A DNA stretch of 64,000 nucleotides from Octopus bimaculoides (GCF_001194135.2 NC_068982.1:165668732-165732731), one strand, 5' to 3'. Counted from the first letter of the stretch, positions 1 to 13,077 are shown. The notes: generated by a model not told the origin, from the sequence alone. Translations and numbers: made by a program.

Positions 1-98
1 AGGATCACCGTATATAAACTCTTGATGTCAAGAGTGAAGAGAAATTTAGAGGGGCCAGAAGGGAAGGAGAAAGAAACAGATAGCATGGTTCTATTTAT

Positions 99-143
<45 letters not shown>

Positions 144-204
144 TGCATGGAGAGAGAGAGGGGAATAGAAAGAGAGAGAGAAAGGGAGAGAGAGAGAACG
201 TAAG

Positions 205-350
205 TAGCGTAGGTAGCGAATTGACAGTGTTGGATAGAATGTTTCACAGTATTTTTTCCGTTTCTCCGCGCAGAGTTCAAATCCTGCTGGCGTCAACTCA
301 ACTTTTCGTACTGTCTCAATCGATATAAGAAAAATATCAGTCCCTTGTAC
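205..350 (+). mobile_element. Highly degenerate SINE family A copy
   Basis: AGGTAGCGAATTGACAG...GAGTTCAAATCCTGCTGGCGTCAAC resembles the head and B-box (AAGGCGGCGAGCTGGCAG...GAGTTCAAATTCCGCCGAGGTCGAC) of the better copies at 10131 and 62019. Confidence 0.5.
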
Positions 351-1419
351 TAGATTGGCGAAATTTCTTCTACACTGCACGGAATTAGTTACTGCATCTG
401 CTCTGGATCTATGCAATCAGAGTTCAAATAATACTCCGTCACTGCAAAACAATGGCACTTTGTTGGTTCTCAGGAACCACATCCAGCTTTAATACTATTT
501 GATATGCGGCACGCGTAATGTTCCTAATGCAGAGAAGTCACTTCAGTGCTCATATGTATACATAGATTTATACAGAGGATGATTGAGAGATAGAGTGCGA
601 GAAAGAGAGATAAGCATATATATATATATATATATCTTAAATGAAATGTACAGTATAAATTATATATCCATTACGGCAGATCTTACCAATCGATTTCGCA
701 CTAGGGGTTCAACGAAGTGTAAGGTAACAGTCCGATTACGTAGCCCTGCACTCATATGAGATAGCTGTTATGGAATGAAATATGACGACTGCTCTCTACT
801 GTTGGAGCTGTATGGACAACAGTTGGTGTTGTGAAAATTGAATGTGTGGGGGGTTATTATATGTATAGCCTTTGCGATGGTGGGGGGGGGGCATGCACTT
901 CTGAGTTCGTTAATGTGTTTCCTTTCTTTTATGTCTGTAAAAGAAAGAAACACACACACACACATATGTATACATAAGATTAGAGAGAGAAAGAAACCGA
1001 GATTGCTAAAATCGTCTACTTAGCGAAACATTAGCAGGGGCAGCAAAAAATACGCATACATTTAGATATAACCCCACATTTGTAAGCACTCTTACACTCA
1101 ACACTATAAATATTGATCATATATTTTACATGAAAGTGAATAATTCGAGCTGATTTGATTATTTTTTTTATTGAAATGAATGATATCAATTCCTTTGTAA
1201 AAAAGTGAAAAAGCATCGATTAAACATTTGAACTTTATCAGCTAAAGTGCAGTTTGAAGGACCACTATGAAATACATGCTCTATGAAAGTGAAGATTGAG
1301 GTTATCACTCAGGATTTCGGGAATTGACTTGTTTCAGTCATTTAAAGTTCTCGGATCTGGCTTCTAAAGGTCTTGCATCTGGCTGAAGTTTGGTAGGTCT
1401 GTTACATATTTTATCAGTT

Positions 1420-1812
1420 TATCTTCTTGTCAAAAACTGTATTACTTGATCGCGATATATTCAAGTAAACTAATCTTCATCTTCTTATCATTATAAAAAT
1501 AATTTATTATCTGAGCTGAATATTTTTATGTAAACTATTTCTTGACTCATCACAAAGGATACACATATTCTATCTTCTTGCTAAAGACTATATTACTTGA
1601 TCGAGATATATTCATATAAACTAATTTGTTTTCTTCTTACCATTATAAAAAACTTTTATTACCTGATGTGAATATTTTTTATGTAAACTACTCTTTAACT
1701 CAACACAGAGGATACACAAAACCTCAAACCTTTTCTTATCATTGTCAAGACTCTATCATTTGAGTTGAATACATTTTTGTAAGCTAATTTTTGACACCAC
1801 AGAGGATACATA
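1420..1812. repeat. Degenerate tandem repeat, ~151-153 bp period, about 2.6 units
   Basis: TATCTTCTTG recurs at 1420 and 1571; GGATAC at 1557, 1710 and 1804; ATTACTTGATCGxGATATATTCA occurs twice. Confidence 0.8.
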
Positions 1813-1924
1813 AAAACTCACATTTTACTTTTGAAAATTGTTTTAAATAAGTGAAACCGGTTAAGTTAATTGATACTTTAAAAAGTTTCCAGCATTTTCA
1901 AATTCTTTTTCTTTCATATATATA

Positions 1925-2065
1925 TGACGGACTTCTTTCAGTTTCCGTCTACTTTCATCAACTCCAGGCTATAGTACACGAAAGTTGCTGAAAGTGCCAC
2001 GCTGTGTAACTGAACTCGAAACCAAGTGGTTGAAAAGCAAGATTCTTACCACACAGCCACACCTG
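1925..2065 (-). mobile_element. SINE family B (tRNA-derived head), 5' part
   Basis: Reverse complement reads CAGGTGTGGCTGTGTGGTAAGAATCTTGC...GAGTTCAGTTACAC..., matching the copies at 38454 and 50090. Confidence 0.8.
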
Positions 2066-2497
2066 AAAAATTTAGGGATGAAAAATGGTATAAATAGTAA
2101 AACTTCCTTCTCAACTTTACTCTATTTTATATGTATATATGAATGTATATATGAATGTATATATGAATGTATATATGAATGTATATATGTATGCATGGAT
2201 GTATTTATGAGTGTCTATCAAGAGAGAGAGAGAAACAGACAGACAGAAAGTGAGGGTGAGAGAGAAGTTTTCTTCAATGCAACGTTTAAAAAGTAGGAAA
2301 ACGGGCGCGCGGGAGATTTCGTCAAAGTTATTGTACGATTTAAATTTTTGAAAACTTCAAGTGTCCGTAAGGTATAGAAATATTAAATTGAAGCATATTC
2401 AAATTGCACAAGAAATTGTAGAAAATCACCTATACGCCTATTGCACACACAGGTGTTTATGTACAAATATTTTGAAATACATACATACATACATACA

Positions 2498-2529
<32 letters not shown>

Positions 2530-3522
2530 CATATATATATATATATATATNNNNNNNNNNNNNNNNNNNNNNNNNNNNNNNNNNNNNNNNNNNNNNNNNN
2601 NNNNNNNNNNNNNNNNNNNNNNNNNNNNNNNNNNNNNNNNNNNNNNNNNNNNNNNNNNNNNNNNNNNNNNNNNNNNNNNNNNNNNNNNNNNNNNNNNNNN
2701 NNNNNNNNNNNNNNNNNNNNNNNNNNNNNNNNNNNNNNNNNNNNNNNNNNNNNNNNNNNNNNNNNNNNNNNNNNNNNNNNNNNNNNNNNNNNNNNNNNNN
2801 NNNNNNNNNNNNNNNNNNNNNNNNNNNNNNNNNNNNNNNNNNNNNNNNNNNNNATGTACATACATATGCATATATACATATATATATAAATTTTAATGTT
2901 TGTAAATACATATGGTTAAATGTGTGTGTGACTATGTTTGCATGCGTACGCATGTGTGTATGCGTGTGTATGTGTGTATGCGTGTGTGTGTGTGTATGTG
3001 TGTTTGTTCATGTGTGCTAGTGTGTTTGTTTGTGTGTTTGTGTGTGTGTGTGTGTGTGTGTATGCATCGTTGTGTATATAGTATGCTTGTGTTTCGCATT
3101 TGTTTGCACATGTGTTTGTGTATGTCTGTAAGCAGTCATTCGTAAACATATCATACTATATATTTATTTATAATAAAAAAAAAAAAAGAAGTGGCAATCA
3201 AACTCCCGGATATTGGTTAGAATTTTATACAAAGAAGCGGTTCTTTATGAAATCTCTTTCGACTAGGTACACATTCCGTCTGTTATATTATGAGATAACC
3301 AATATTCTAATATAAAGACTTGATGGCGGTAAATTAAGAAATAGAAATGCTGGTATTTGTTATGTTTAATAATCCGTGTGACATTAATCTTTCGAAATTC
3401 TGCAATAAAATCTGCAATAAAAACTGAAAATTAATTCGTGTTGCGTTTTTAATAATGACATTTGAGACACACACTGCTTAGAATATAAAATATATTTTAA
3501 ATTTTGATGATATATGGAGATT

Positions 3523-3568
3523 TACATTATTTAACAAAGTCGAAGTTTCGACTTTGTTAAATAATGTA
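3523..3568. repeat. Perfect 22-bp-arm palindrome
   Basis: TACATTATTTAACAAAGTCGAA-GT-TTCGACTTTGTTAAATAATGTA; the arms are exact reverse complements. Confidence 0.95.
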
Positions 3569-3955
3569 TAAAGCTGATAGTGTTAGCATTGGGTTATAAA
3601 TAGGGAGCATCAAGTTTCGGATTCCGGCCATTAACTTGTGAAATGTGGTTTTGACAAGTTTAACCATTAGACGTTAATGCAGTCAAGCACATACAAAGCA
3701 TTGAGTTGCTGCTTAGAATAGTTTAGTTTACCATTTAGTTGTTGCTGCTATCGTTGTTGTTGTTCAGTCTCTGAACAAAAGGCCTATAGTTGAAATATTC
3801 AAATTGTTAATCATTTATAGGAGTGCGTATACACACACACGCAGACGCGCTCACAAACACATACATACATATATATATGCACATATGCAGATATTTATAC
3901 ACGCACATATGTTCACACACACACACGTATATACATACATACACATACATATACA

Positions 3956-4006
<51 letters not shown>

Positions 4007-5223
4007 TACCTCTGGATATCCTTGTTGCTTATTTTGCTTTTAATCACCTTACTTTTAAATTGTATGGATAATACCATACTTTATTCTGGTGCGTACATAC
4101 TTAGATTCATGCATACAAACATACACACAAATCTACATACAGATAATGAGTGAGAAAGAATGTTTAATTAATTAATGAAATACAGAATCAGATAGACACA
4201 TACGCATAAGTACAGAGGTAATGTAAAATCTATAGATTCGTTATAGATTGGTACCTTTCATTGTTAGCTTGAGATTAGCAGGACCCACACAATTGCCTTC
4301 AGAGATAGCGGAAGGAGAGTTATGGTACTAGTTATATATACATCTTTAAAATGTATTAATATCGTGATTCGATATGTCACTGGGAAATGAACGCGGAATT
4401 GTAGAAAGAAACAAACTTCAAAAAGAAACTCTATCGTTTTTAAGACATGAATATTTTTCTGAATCCCTTATCTGTGAGAATTTTTCCCTTGAAGAGGCAG
4501 AATATTTCTTTCCGTTTATTTGTTACGGTAAAATGAAGAGTCAAAAACGAACAAAGACATACACATTCTTTCCTAGAATAACAACATTAGCGCTGCGGTG
4601 GCATGGCATCTAATGAAACAGTTGATAAAATATACATAAGGTGAGTGTGTTTACGCGTGCATGTATGTGTGCATGAGTGTATATATATATACTTACACAC
4701 ACACACACACACACACACATACACACACACACATATATATATATATAACTTTTGTAAGTGGAAGTATAATCAATAAATTTGGCTCCAATGTTTTCCGAAG
4801 GGTATACGAATACACAACCTATTATGATAGATAGCAATATATAAATTCAACACTTTAAGTTAACAAACCATTCATTCCGTACTCTCACTAGTGTAATGCA
4901 CCTATTCGGTGACCTTATTTATAGGCGTATTGACAAAGGCAACAGCAGGAAAATTTTCCGATAATCTACATAGTGCAACACCATTGATGCGATACAAACC
5001 GTTGGCACGTTGTCTACTAGTTAGACATACCATTAAGCCGATATCCACTGTTCTCATTTGAATAAATTTGTTTCTGACTATAATCTCTTGTAATGTGTCG
5101 AATTATAAACTTCGTATAGATTCCGATGACTTAACGCTTACTTGTGTTTCTCTTGTCTGTTGCATATCAGCAATTATTGCCCAATTGAATAGATATTACT
5201 ATTAAGTGTAAATTTCATTTCAG

Positions 5224-5565
5224 TTCAGAAAATTCTCAATTGGTAAGGACTTTACACTATGTCCAAAATTATATTTCATAGTTAGCTTAGTGTAAGAAGA
5301 ACGTTGCCGCTTCTGAACACCAGATATCAATGTTGCAGGAGCTGGTTTTGAATGACAGCTACATTATCGAGTTTATTTTGTTATCTTCAATGCTATTCGA
5401 GAGATCTTCACAGTTTTCATAGGTAAAGTTAATTTAGTCTTGCAACTTTCTATAGAACTGAATATTCTGTCAGAATTTCCTAATTTCTAATTGCCAGTAA
5501 CTTCTATAAGACGGCACTCTTTCTGTGTAGGATATCTTCATTCCGACAGCTGTCGTTCTTTGCAG
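5224..5565 (+). other. Candidate pair of small exons (5224-5242 and 5531-5565)
   Basis: tttcatttcAG|19 nt|GTaagg and ctctttctgtgtAG|35 nt|GTaatg. Joined length is 54 nt and is open in all three frames. No homology recognised. Confidence 0.2.
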
Positions 5566-6350
5566 GTAATGCGAGAAACAAAAGATAAAGGAAAATTTAA
5601 TTTAATATTATCTCTTATACGTTATCATATAGATTTAATTCCGTTCTTCTTTCTAAACGGCAACGTCAGCACTTTCAAAGCAGCTTATTCTTCGTTAAGA
5701 AAACTTAACCAAATTTCCGATACTTCGCAATAATGCATTTCCATATTTCTTTGTCTTTAATTACGATCGTAAATAAAGGTAGAGTGGGGATGGGAAAAAA
5801 GATAAGAAAATTGAATTCTCTCAATAGGTTTCACCATTCCTTACTTACTCACACTACTACTCACATTTCATATACATACATACATTCAAATATATATATA
5901 TATATATATGTATGTATATATATATANNNNNNNNNNNNNNNNNNNNNNNNNNNNNNNNNNNNNNNNNNNNNNNNNNNNNNNNNNNNNNNNNNNNNNNNNN
6001 NNNNNNNNNNNNNNNNNNNNNNNNNNNNNNNNNNNNNNNNNNNNNNNNNNNNNNNNNNNNNNNNNNNNNNNNNNNNNNNNNNNNNNNNNNNNNNNNNNNN
6101 NNNNNNNNNNNNNNNNNNNNNNTGTATATGTATATTAGTCTTTCTTTTTTTGTTATCTGAAAAAACAACTTTACATTAATATGAAGGGCTATTTTATACA
6201 TTTGATGAGTACACATGTGTTACTCTTAAATAAGAAAGTTGTTGAAAGTGGTTTCGAAGTTTCGGCCCACTAAACCATCTTTAGACACACACACATACAC
6301 ACACTCATACACACATTCATACACACACAAATACACACATATAGCACAAA

Positions 6351-6391
<41 letters not shown>

Positions 6392-6401
6392 NNNNNNNNN
6401 N

Positions 6402-6443
<42 letters not shown>

Positions 6444-7244
6444 ATTTATATATATTTATATGATTATTATTACTCAGCAAGACAGCAACCATGCCATTAA
6501 GTGACACTGGGGTACACATATACGAACCCCACTAGACCCATGATGGCAACTTGTTTGATAAGTGTACGCAAGACAACCAAGCACATGCATCACGTCCATA
6601 TGTACTGCATATTATGATCTTATATCAAGATAAACAGCGTGTGACCTTGCAAGTGAAGCCCAGTTAGAATTTTCTTCAGGCCAAGTAGCCCATCACGCTC
6701 AAAATGCTCCTGAAGAAAGGTTGTTTAAGGATGATGAATGAAACACGTTTCCAGGGTTGATTTACAAACCAAAACAATCCCTCTCAACACATGGCTATGA
6801 TGCTCCCTCACTACTCCTGTTCATGATCAGAGATGTACATATCGTGAGTTATTATGGAACATGCTCAACTAGTTATGCTCAAGCAAGTGACAAGCAAATT
6901 TGTGGTATTGAGCAGAATATTTGCTGTGGTCTATTTTTTACAAAGACAAAATATTTAAATGATAACATTTTCAATCAGTTCAGATCTGAAGTCATGAGAG
7001 CCACTGCTTTGTATTGCATCAGGGTATTGTGCACGAACGTGTTTAGGGTGCATGTATGCATGTGTGTGTATGGATGATTGATGAACAAATGTACCTTCCT
7101 ATGGTTATACGTGTACATATGTGTGTCTGTATTTTCCGGAAGAACATGTATGCCTGCGTACTCATGTTTTTATCAAATCTGTGTATGTGTATGTACATAT
7201 ATGTGCATGCCTTTTATATTTACATGTGTGAGGAAGATAGATGT

Positions 7245-7342
7245 GTGCTAGCGTGGTTACCACAGCGGTGCTAGGGCATGCTCGTGTGATTGCAACAGTG
7301 GTGCTAAGGGGTGCTAGCATGATTGCAACAGCGGTGCTAGGG
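7245..7342. repeat. GC-rich 33-bp minisatellite, about 3 units
   Basis: Units start at 7263, 7296 and 7329 (CAGCGGTGCTAGGG...TGATTGCAA). Confidence 0.85.
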
Positions 7343-7656
7343 ATGGAGTTAACACATTAGATTGAGGTTTGGTGGTCTTAAGGGGAGAAAAAAAGAAAGG
7401 AAAAGCATATGTACATAGATGGATGTGTATGAGTGTGCTAGCAAACCCATGTATATAGATATATAGATGAGCGTAGGAGGTTACACACCTTCAGAAACAC
7501 CGACATACGCAGCAACAAGCCGATCTCAACAGCTCTCACTTGCATTCTAACGTACTCACATACGCGCTCCCCACCACAGAAGTAAATAGCTGATAGACAT
7601 GCATATGCATCTGATACCCAGATCTATGTATTAGTAAATTTGATTTAAAAAAAGCA

Positions 7657-7811
<155 letters not shown>

Positions 7812-8372
7812 CCCTGGCCAGGGATTTGATGACTCGTAAGGTGCTGCAAAGACCGGTCAGACAGAAAGGCACATTAGCTTCTTGTCTAACCACGTGATCC
7901 AAGAAATTTTCGTTTTTTTTTATGCATCTGCTGTTGATGGAATGTCACTCTCACTGCTAACAACACCGTGTGACCCGCCTTTACCAATAGCAGTCCAGTT
8001 TCCGGTAGCCATCATGAACTTCCTGCATCTCTCCGATCGGCTAACTGAGCCCGACGTTAGAAGCCAACGAAAGTAGCATAGGACCGAATCAGACACTTTT
8101 AAATAATAATATATGTAACTCCCACGAAATGTGTTGAGTGTCTCTTTCTTTCGTTTCTTCGCTCACCCATGCACACATACATATATGCATATGTGTATGT
8201 GTGTGTGTGTGTACATATATAAAATATACATATACGTGTGTGAACGTATGCATTGGTGTATATATGTTAGAGTATGTGGGCGCGCATGCATGTGAGCAGG
8301 CATACATACATAAACATGCATGCGTGTATGTAATATATACTTTATGTAAAGAGAAGAGAAAGCGCAGGGAGA

Positions 8373-8720
8373 AAGAGCAGAGGCACGGTCCACGGATCGT
8401 GCCCTGACAAGGGCAGTGTGGACAGTGGTGAGGGCATATCTACGTAGAATGAAGTGGCGAGCCATGAGTCGGAACTGAATCTCAAAATCATGGTTGTCAC
8501 TGTAGAGCCTGCGCAAAGGGTGGAATTGGGAGTAGGGGATGCAGAACTTCACATGGGTTGGGTGTTAGGAGGAGAAGTTACGGTAGGTATGTGAGTCCGT
8601 GTGTTTGTAGAGGATAGGGGTAGTGAGAGCGGAGTGGTGTATACTGGTAGAAAAGTCGAAAAATTCGACGGAAGGGGTAGAGTACAGGAAAATTCCAGGG
8701 CAGGATGGAAGGATTGATGT
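8373..8720 (-). mobile_element. Penelope-like element RT C-terminal/thumb fragment (decayed)
   Basis: One frame reads SVEFFDFSTSIHHSALTTPILYKHTDSHTYRNFSS*HPTHVKFCIPYSQFHPLRRLYSD...RARSVDRASAL with one in-frame stop at 8565. This matches the PLE RT pattern FLD..I......T..Y.KPT..H.YL...S.HP......IPYSQ..RLRR.CS. Confidence 0.85.
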
Positions 8721-9214
8721 GTATATATATATATATATATATATNNNNNNNNNNNNNNNNNNNNNNNNNNNNNNNNNNNNATATATAAACACCACGAAAA
8801 TGTATTTGGTTAGCATAATCAAGACATATTGTTCAATCATCAGAGACGTGTAACCTTTATACCATTTATACAATGTTCTTGTGAAAGTTACACGTCTCTA
8901 ATAATAGGACCAAACGTCTGCTATGTCAGTTACATAATGTAACAAACGTTGTCTAACTAACAATCATTTTTTGCCAATGAAATGTATGTATGTTGATGTA
9001 ATTAAATATCTCATGAACAAATTTTCGTGTTTTGTTTTATTTTCTGCGTGTAGTGTGTAAAGAACACAAAATCCGGATTGACAACAGATGATACCAAGAT
9101 AATACAACGAACGGAAGTACACTTGGCAGTTTCAGTACTAATTGTTTATGGCGCGGTTAAAGTGTAAACTGCACTACATCTATATACACATGTACGCATA
9201 TACATATATACATA

Positions 9215-9433
9215 TACGAGTGGTGCTGCAAAGTTCCTGGATTTCAGGGTATCACAAAAGGCCCGTTTGGAGGCCCAATCTTCCGACTTCTTTTACAGGG
9301 CTTAAAGATACTAAAGGACCGCTGCAATAAGTGTGTGAATCTGACAAGGGAATATGTTGAATAAAATCATAATTAATTGATGTTCCTGTATTTTCTCTTA
9401 TCCAAAGACTGTGACTTTTCAGCATCCTTCGTA
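9215..9433 (+). mobile_element. Mariner-derived MITE / internal-deletion derivative (219 bp)
   Basis: Degenerate TIRs TACGAGTGGTGCTGCAAAGTTCC / rc TACGAAGGATGCTGAAAAGTCAC, TA-flanked. It retains the mariner C-terminus LQGLKILKDRCNKCVNLTREYVE*. Confidence 0.8.
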
Positions 9434-9460
9434 TATATATGTATATATACAGCGTATACG

Positions 9461-9491
<31 letters not shown>

Positions 9492-9729
9492 ACAAACAAA
9501 GAGAGAGAAGAGAGTACAGGAAGTCACTAAGTAATAAAATTTACTAAGTGTATAAATCAAAACTCTCTGCTACTTTACCAAATAGGTTACCAACTAGATA
9601 CCATGGAGTGACCTACATAATTAACCATTACCGTGATTTAATTTTCAAATCAGTAGTCACAACTTTCAAATCCCTTGCCATATTTGTGCTGGTTAAGAAA
9701 TAAAAATCATTTTCGGTTGTTGAAACTAA

Positions 9730-10131
9730 TATTTCTTTATTGCCCACAGGGGGCTAAGCATAGAGAGGACAAACAATGACTTATTTAATCGACTCCGAAA
9801 GGATGCAAGGCAAAGTCGATCTCGGCGGAATTTGAACTCAGAACGTAGCGGCAGACGAAATACTACTAAGCATTTCGCCCGGCGTGCTAACGTTTCTTAT
9901 TTCTTTATTGCTCACAAGAGGCTAAACATAGAGGAGACGAACAAGGACAGACAAAGGGACTAAGTCGATCACATCGACCTTCAGTACGTAACTGGTACTT
10001 AATTTATCGACCCCGAAAGGATGAAAGGTAAAGTCAACCTCGGCGGAATTTGAACCCAGAACGTAAAGACATACGAAATACCGCTAAGCATTTCGTCCAG
10101 CGTGCTAACGTTTCTGCCAGCTCGCCGCCTT
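9730..10131 (-). mobile_element. SINE family A head-to-tail dimer
   Basis: Full copy 10131-9896 ending ...GAGCAATAAAGAAATAAG, followed directly by a headless copy 9895-9730 starting AAACGTTAGCACG. B-box-like GGTTCAAATTCC / GAGTTCAAATTCC in each copy. Confidence 0.9.
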
Positions 10132-10563
10132 TTGTTGAGATTAATATTGATAGCAGTATGGTGTTCATTTCAGTAACATGTTTACTTAAATTTTGGTTTG
10201 CATATAGGGGGTTAGAGGGAAAAATAATGCAATCGGAAAGGTTATTGTGAAAGGGGTTAAAATATTTGGTTTGACAATTATTTTGCGATGCAGGTATTTA
10301 ACTAGAGTTGAGAAACAGATTTGTTGCTGCAGGGGAGAAATGTACTTTACTTTATGTTCAGAAATATTTATTTCAACACACCCTGGTAGTGAGTGCTGTC
10401 GTATAAGAGAATACAATTCTCTATCGTGCTCTTGCTCCCTTCGTTTACAACACCATTGTCTTGTTTGAAATTATATCCTATCTATGTAATTATATCCATT
10501 TTTCTATGCGGAGATGCCATTTATATTTAGTCCAACCCTCTATTTATGCTCTCCGCCCACTAT

Positions 10564-10947
10564 TCACAGGTCCCTCCTCCAAAATGTTCTATCAAAAGTA
10601 ACCGTCGTTAGACTGTTCCGCCGAATTCCCAAGCGTAGCCAACATTTCGTTCTTTGTACATCCCTAGGTCTCCTGCTGGTTGGCTCGGCCTGGAGAATCT
10701 ATCTTGCGATCCTTTCCTCCCACAATCTAATCACATGGCCTTGGATCCGGAACTGTAGCCTCTCAATGCAGAGAAATAATGTCTCAACATGGAGAAGACT
10801 CCCCGATTCCCGCACCTTCTCAAGTAACGCTATTCCTGATATCCTTCGGAGAGACCCTTGTTTTGGTAGCTTGTATTCGCGATTGTACACATTTGGTCAT
10901 TAGATAACACACATGACCATAGTTGGATAAGCACGCAACCTGAATTG
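10564..10947 (-). mobile_element. RTE-clade LINE ORF2 C-terminal fragment (decayed)
   Basis: SRIQATKTR / LRRISGIALLEKVRESGSLLHVETLFLCIERLQFRIQGHVIRLWEERIAR*ILQAEPTSRRPR matches the RTE C-terminal pattern (LRRI.G....D.V......IE..QLRW.GHV.RM...R.....G.RPRGRP). Confidence 0.85.
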
Positions 10948-12702
10948 AAGATAGCAAGTTTGGTATATGCCCAGTCTCACCTCTTCTCATTCATGTCATC
11001 ATATTTTCTAACAAACTTATGCAGTAAGCTTATGCATACTACTTCAAACAAAATCTTGGAACAATAGCAGATAAATAGTTGGTTTCTTATTACATGTATT
11101 AATCACGAACATATTAATATGATCCTTCAAGCTTCATTTCTATTTGAAAGAAACTCGTGTAATATATTCAAATTGAGCAATAACATTTTGTTATTTAATT
11201 ACACCTCTGACTGCTAGAATAAACATTCAATCCAAGAACCGCTTTGCATAATGCAAATTAAGCGATCTCTTATTAACATCATTGCACCACAATATATAGC
11301 TTTAACAACGGAAATATCGAAGTATTAATATTCTTTCATAATAACACATTTTAAAATTATACAACAGTCTTACATATTTTGTTTTATGTAAGAATTATTT
11401 TATCCATTTAGAATCAGTTATACTTGGCATCTTTTTTTCTTTTTGTTAGCTTTCCGTTCCTGTCGGAGTTGCTTAGACGTTCTTCTAAAGTTAAACAGTT
11501 ATTTTTACTTTGACCGATCAGGGAAACCGAGAAGTATTCACCACATCCTTCTACAAAAAAAAAATCAGGTATATTTGCAAGAAGTAGCTTCCTACTAGCT
11601 TTTCCATACACAAATTATTGTTTCGAAATATTATACTGCTTTCATATTTCTAATAATCACAGTGATTGAGTTTTAACAATTATATGGAAATTATGGACAG
11701 CTAGATTGTATAAACCATCATGAACATCAAGTGTCATTATTTTAGCACTATTTAGGAACATGAGACAGGCAGAAAAAGATTTGAGAAACATTTTGCTGTT
11801 ATTTCGAGCAGATCCTGTAAACTTACTGAGAATTCCCTCATTGGGTCGTATTACTCAAGTTAACTATGGTTATTTTACAACTAAGCGATGTGATACGCAA
11901 TGAAAACGACAAAGAAATGGTAAAATAGCCTGCTCAGTAGCGATTTAGGCTTGCAGGCCAGTGCTACAAGCAATTGGCAAACTGAATCTTTCATAAATAT
12001 AGAGCTGTGTTCATATCGATACACATATATTGCATACAGAAGAAAGAATAAGTGTAAAAAAGACACGTATATGTAATTATACACGCACACGCAAACACAC
12101 GCAAACACACGCACTCACGCACGCACGCACACACACACACACATGAACGCAAATTGAGTCAAATACATATGCATGAAAGAACAAGTGTGTTACAGCATGT
12201 GAATTTTAATATGTGTGTATGTGTTTGTAAAAGACTGTGCAGCTACCTTTATAAATGTTTGTTGTTAAATGCAAGTTTGTATGTGGCTACATGAATAAAA
12301 CATTTTAAAGTTTTTAAAATAAATTTAATTAAATTCACGTCTTTTTTTTTCCTCCGCAATCAATTGCCTTTATCTTCCAACAAGACAGTATTCGGTGGAA
12401 ATGATTAATCATACATTAGCGATAAACATAATTTACTATCATTGTTATAAGTCTTGAATGTTCAGTGGAGAGATAAGACAAAATTCCACCAATGGAATAT
12501 TTGATTAATAACCCTTAATGAATGGAAAATATTTATAACGTAAAGAGAAAACTGAATCATATTGCGATAATATACTTGGGTGAGTGTGTGCATGCTTGCA
12601 TGCGCGCGCGTGTGTGTGTTTCTATATATAATTATGTATATATAAATATATATACATGGATACATTGAAATGCACGAACACAAAAGCACACACACACACA
12701 CA

Positions 12703-12742
<40 letters not shown>

Positions 12743-13077
12743 TATGAAACTTAAATGATATATCATGTGCATTGCTAATCAATATATCTAAATACACGTT
12801 AGCTGCAGCTACGTACTTGGGATATTTTGTCAGCATCCACCTCAGTTACTAAGTAAGAAAATGAATGATATGTAATAAGCTGAGAAATACATAAAAAATA
12901 TAGAAAAATATTTCAAGGTGGTAGTCCTGTACGGCTTTCGCCTTAATGGGGAAATTTAACTAAAGAAATATAAACGAAGGAAATTAATGTATTATCTATT
13001 TTAAAATACGCAGAGGGGAAGGGAAAGTAAAGAATAGACGAACGAAGTAAAGAAAGAAAGAAGCAAACAAACAGACA

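Noticed and set aside
6250-6287. Possible fourth hammerhead on the minus strand (CUAAAGA...GGCCGAAAC)
   Set aside because: Core G5 is mutated, and stems I and III cannot be formed convincingly.
6480-6950. Probable interspersed repeat that looks familiar from octopus DNA
   Set aside because: No second copy, termini or coding motif within the window to support a call.
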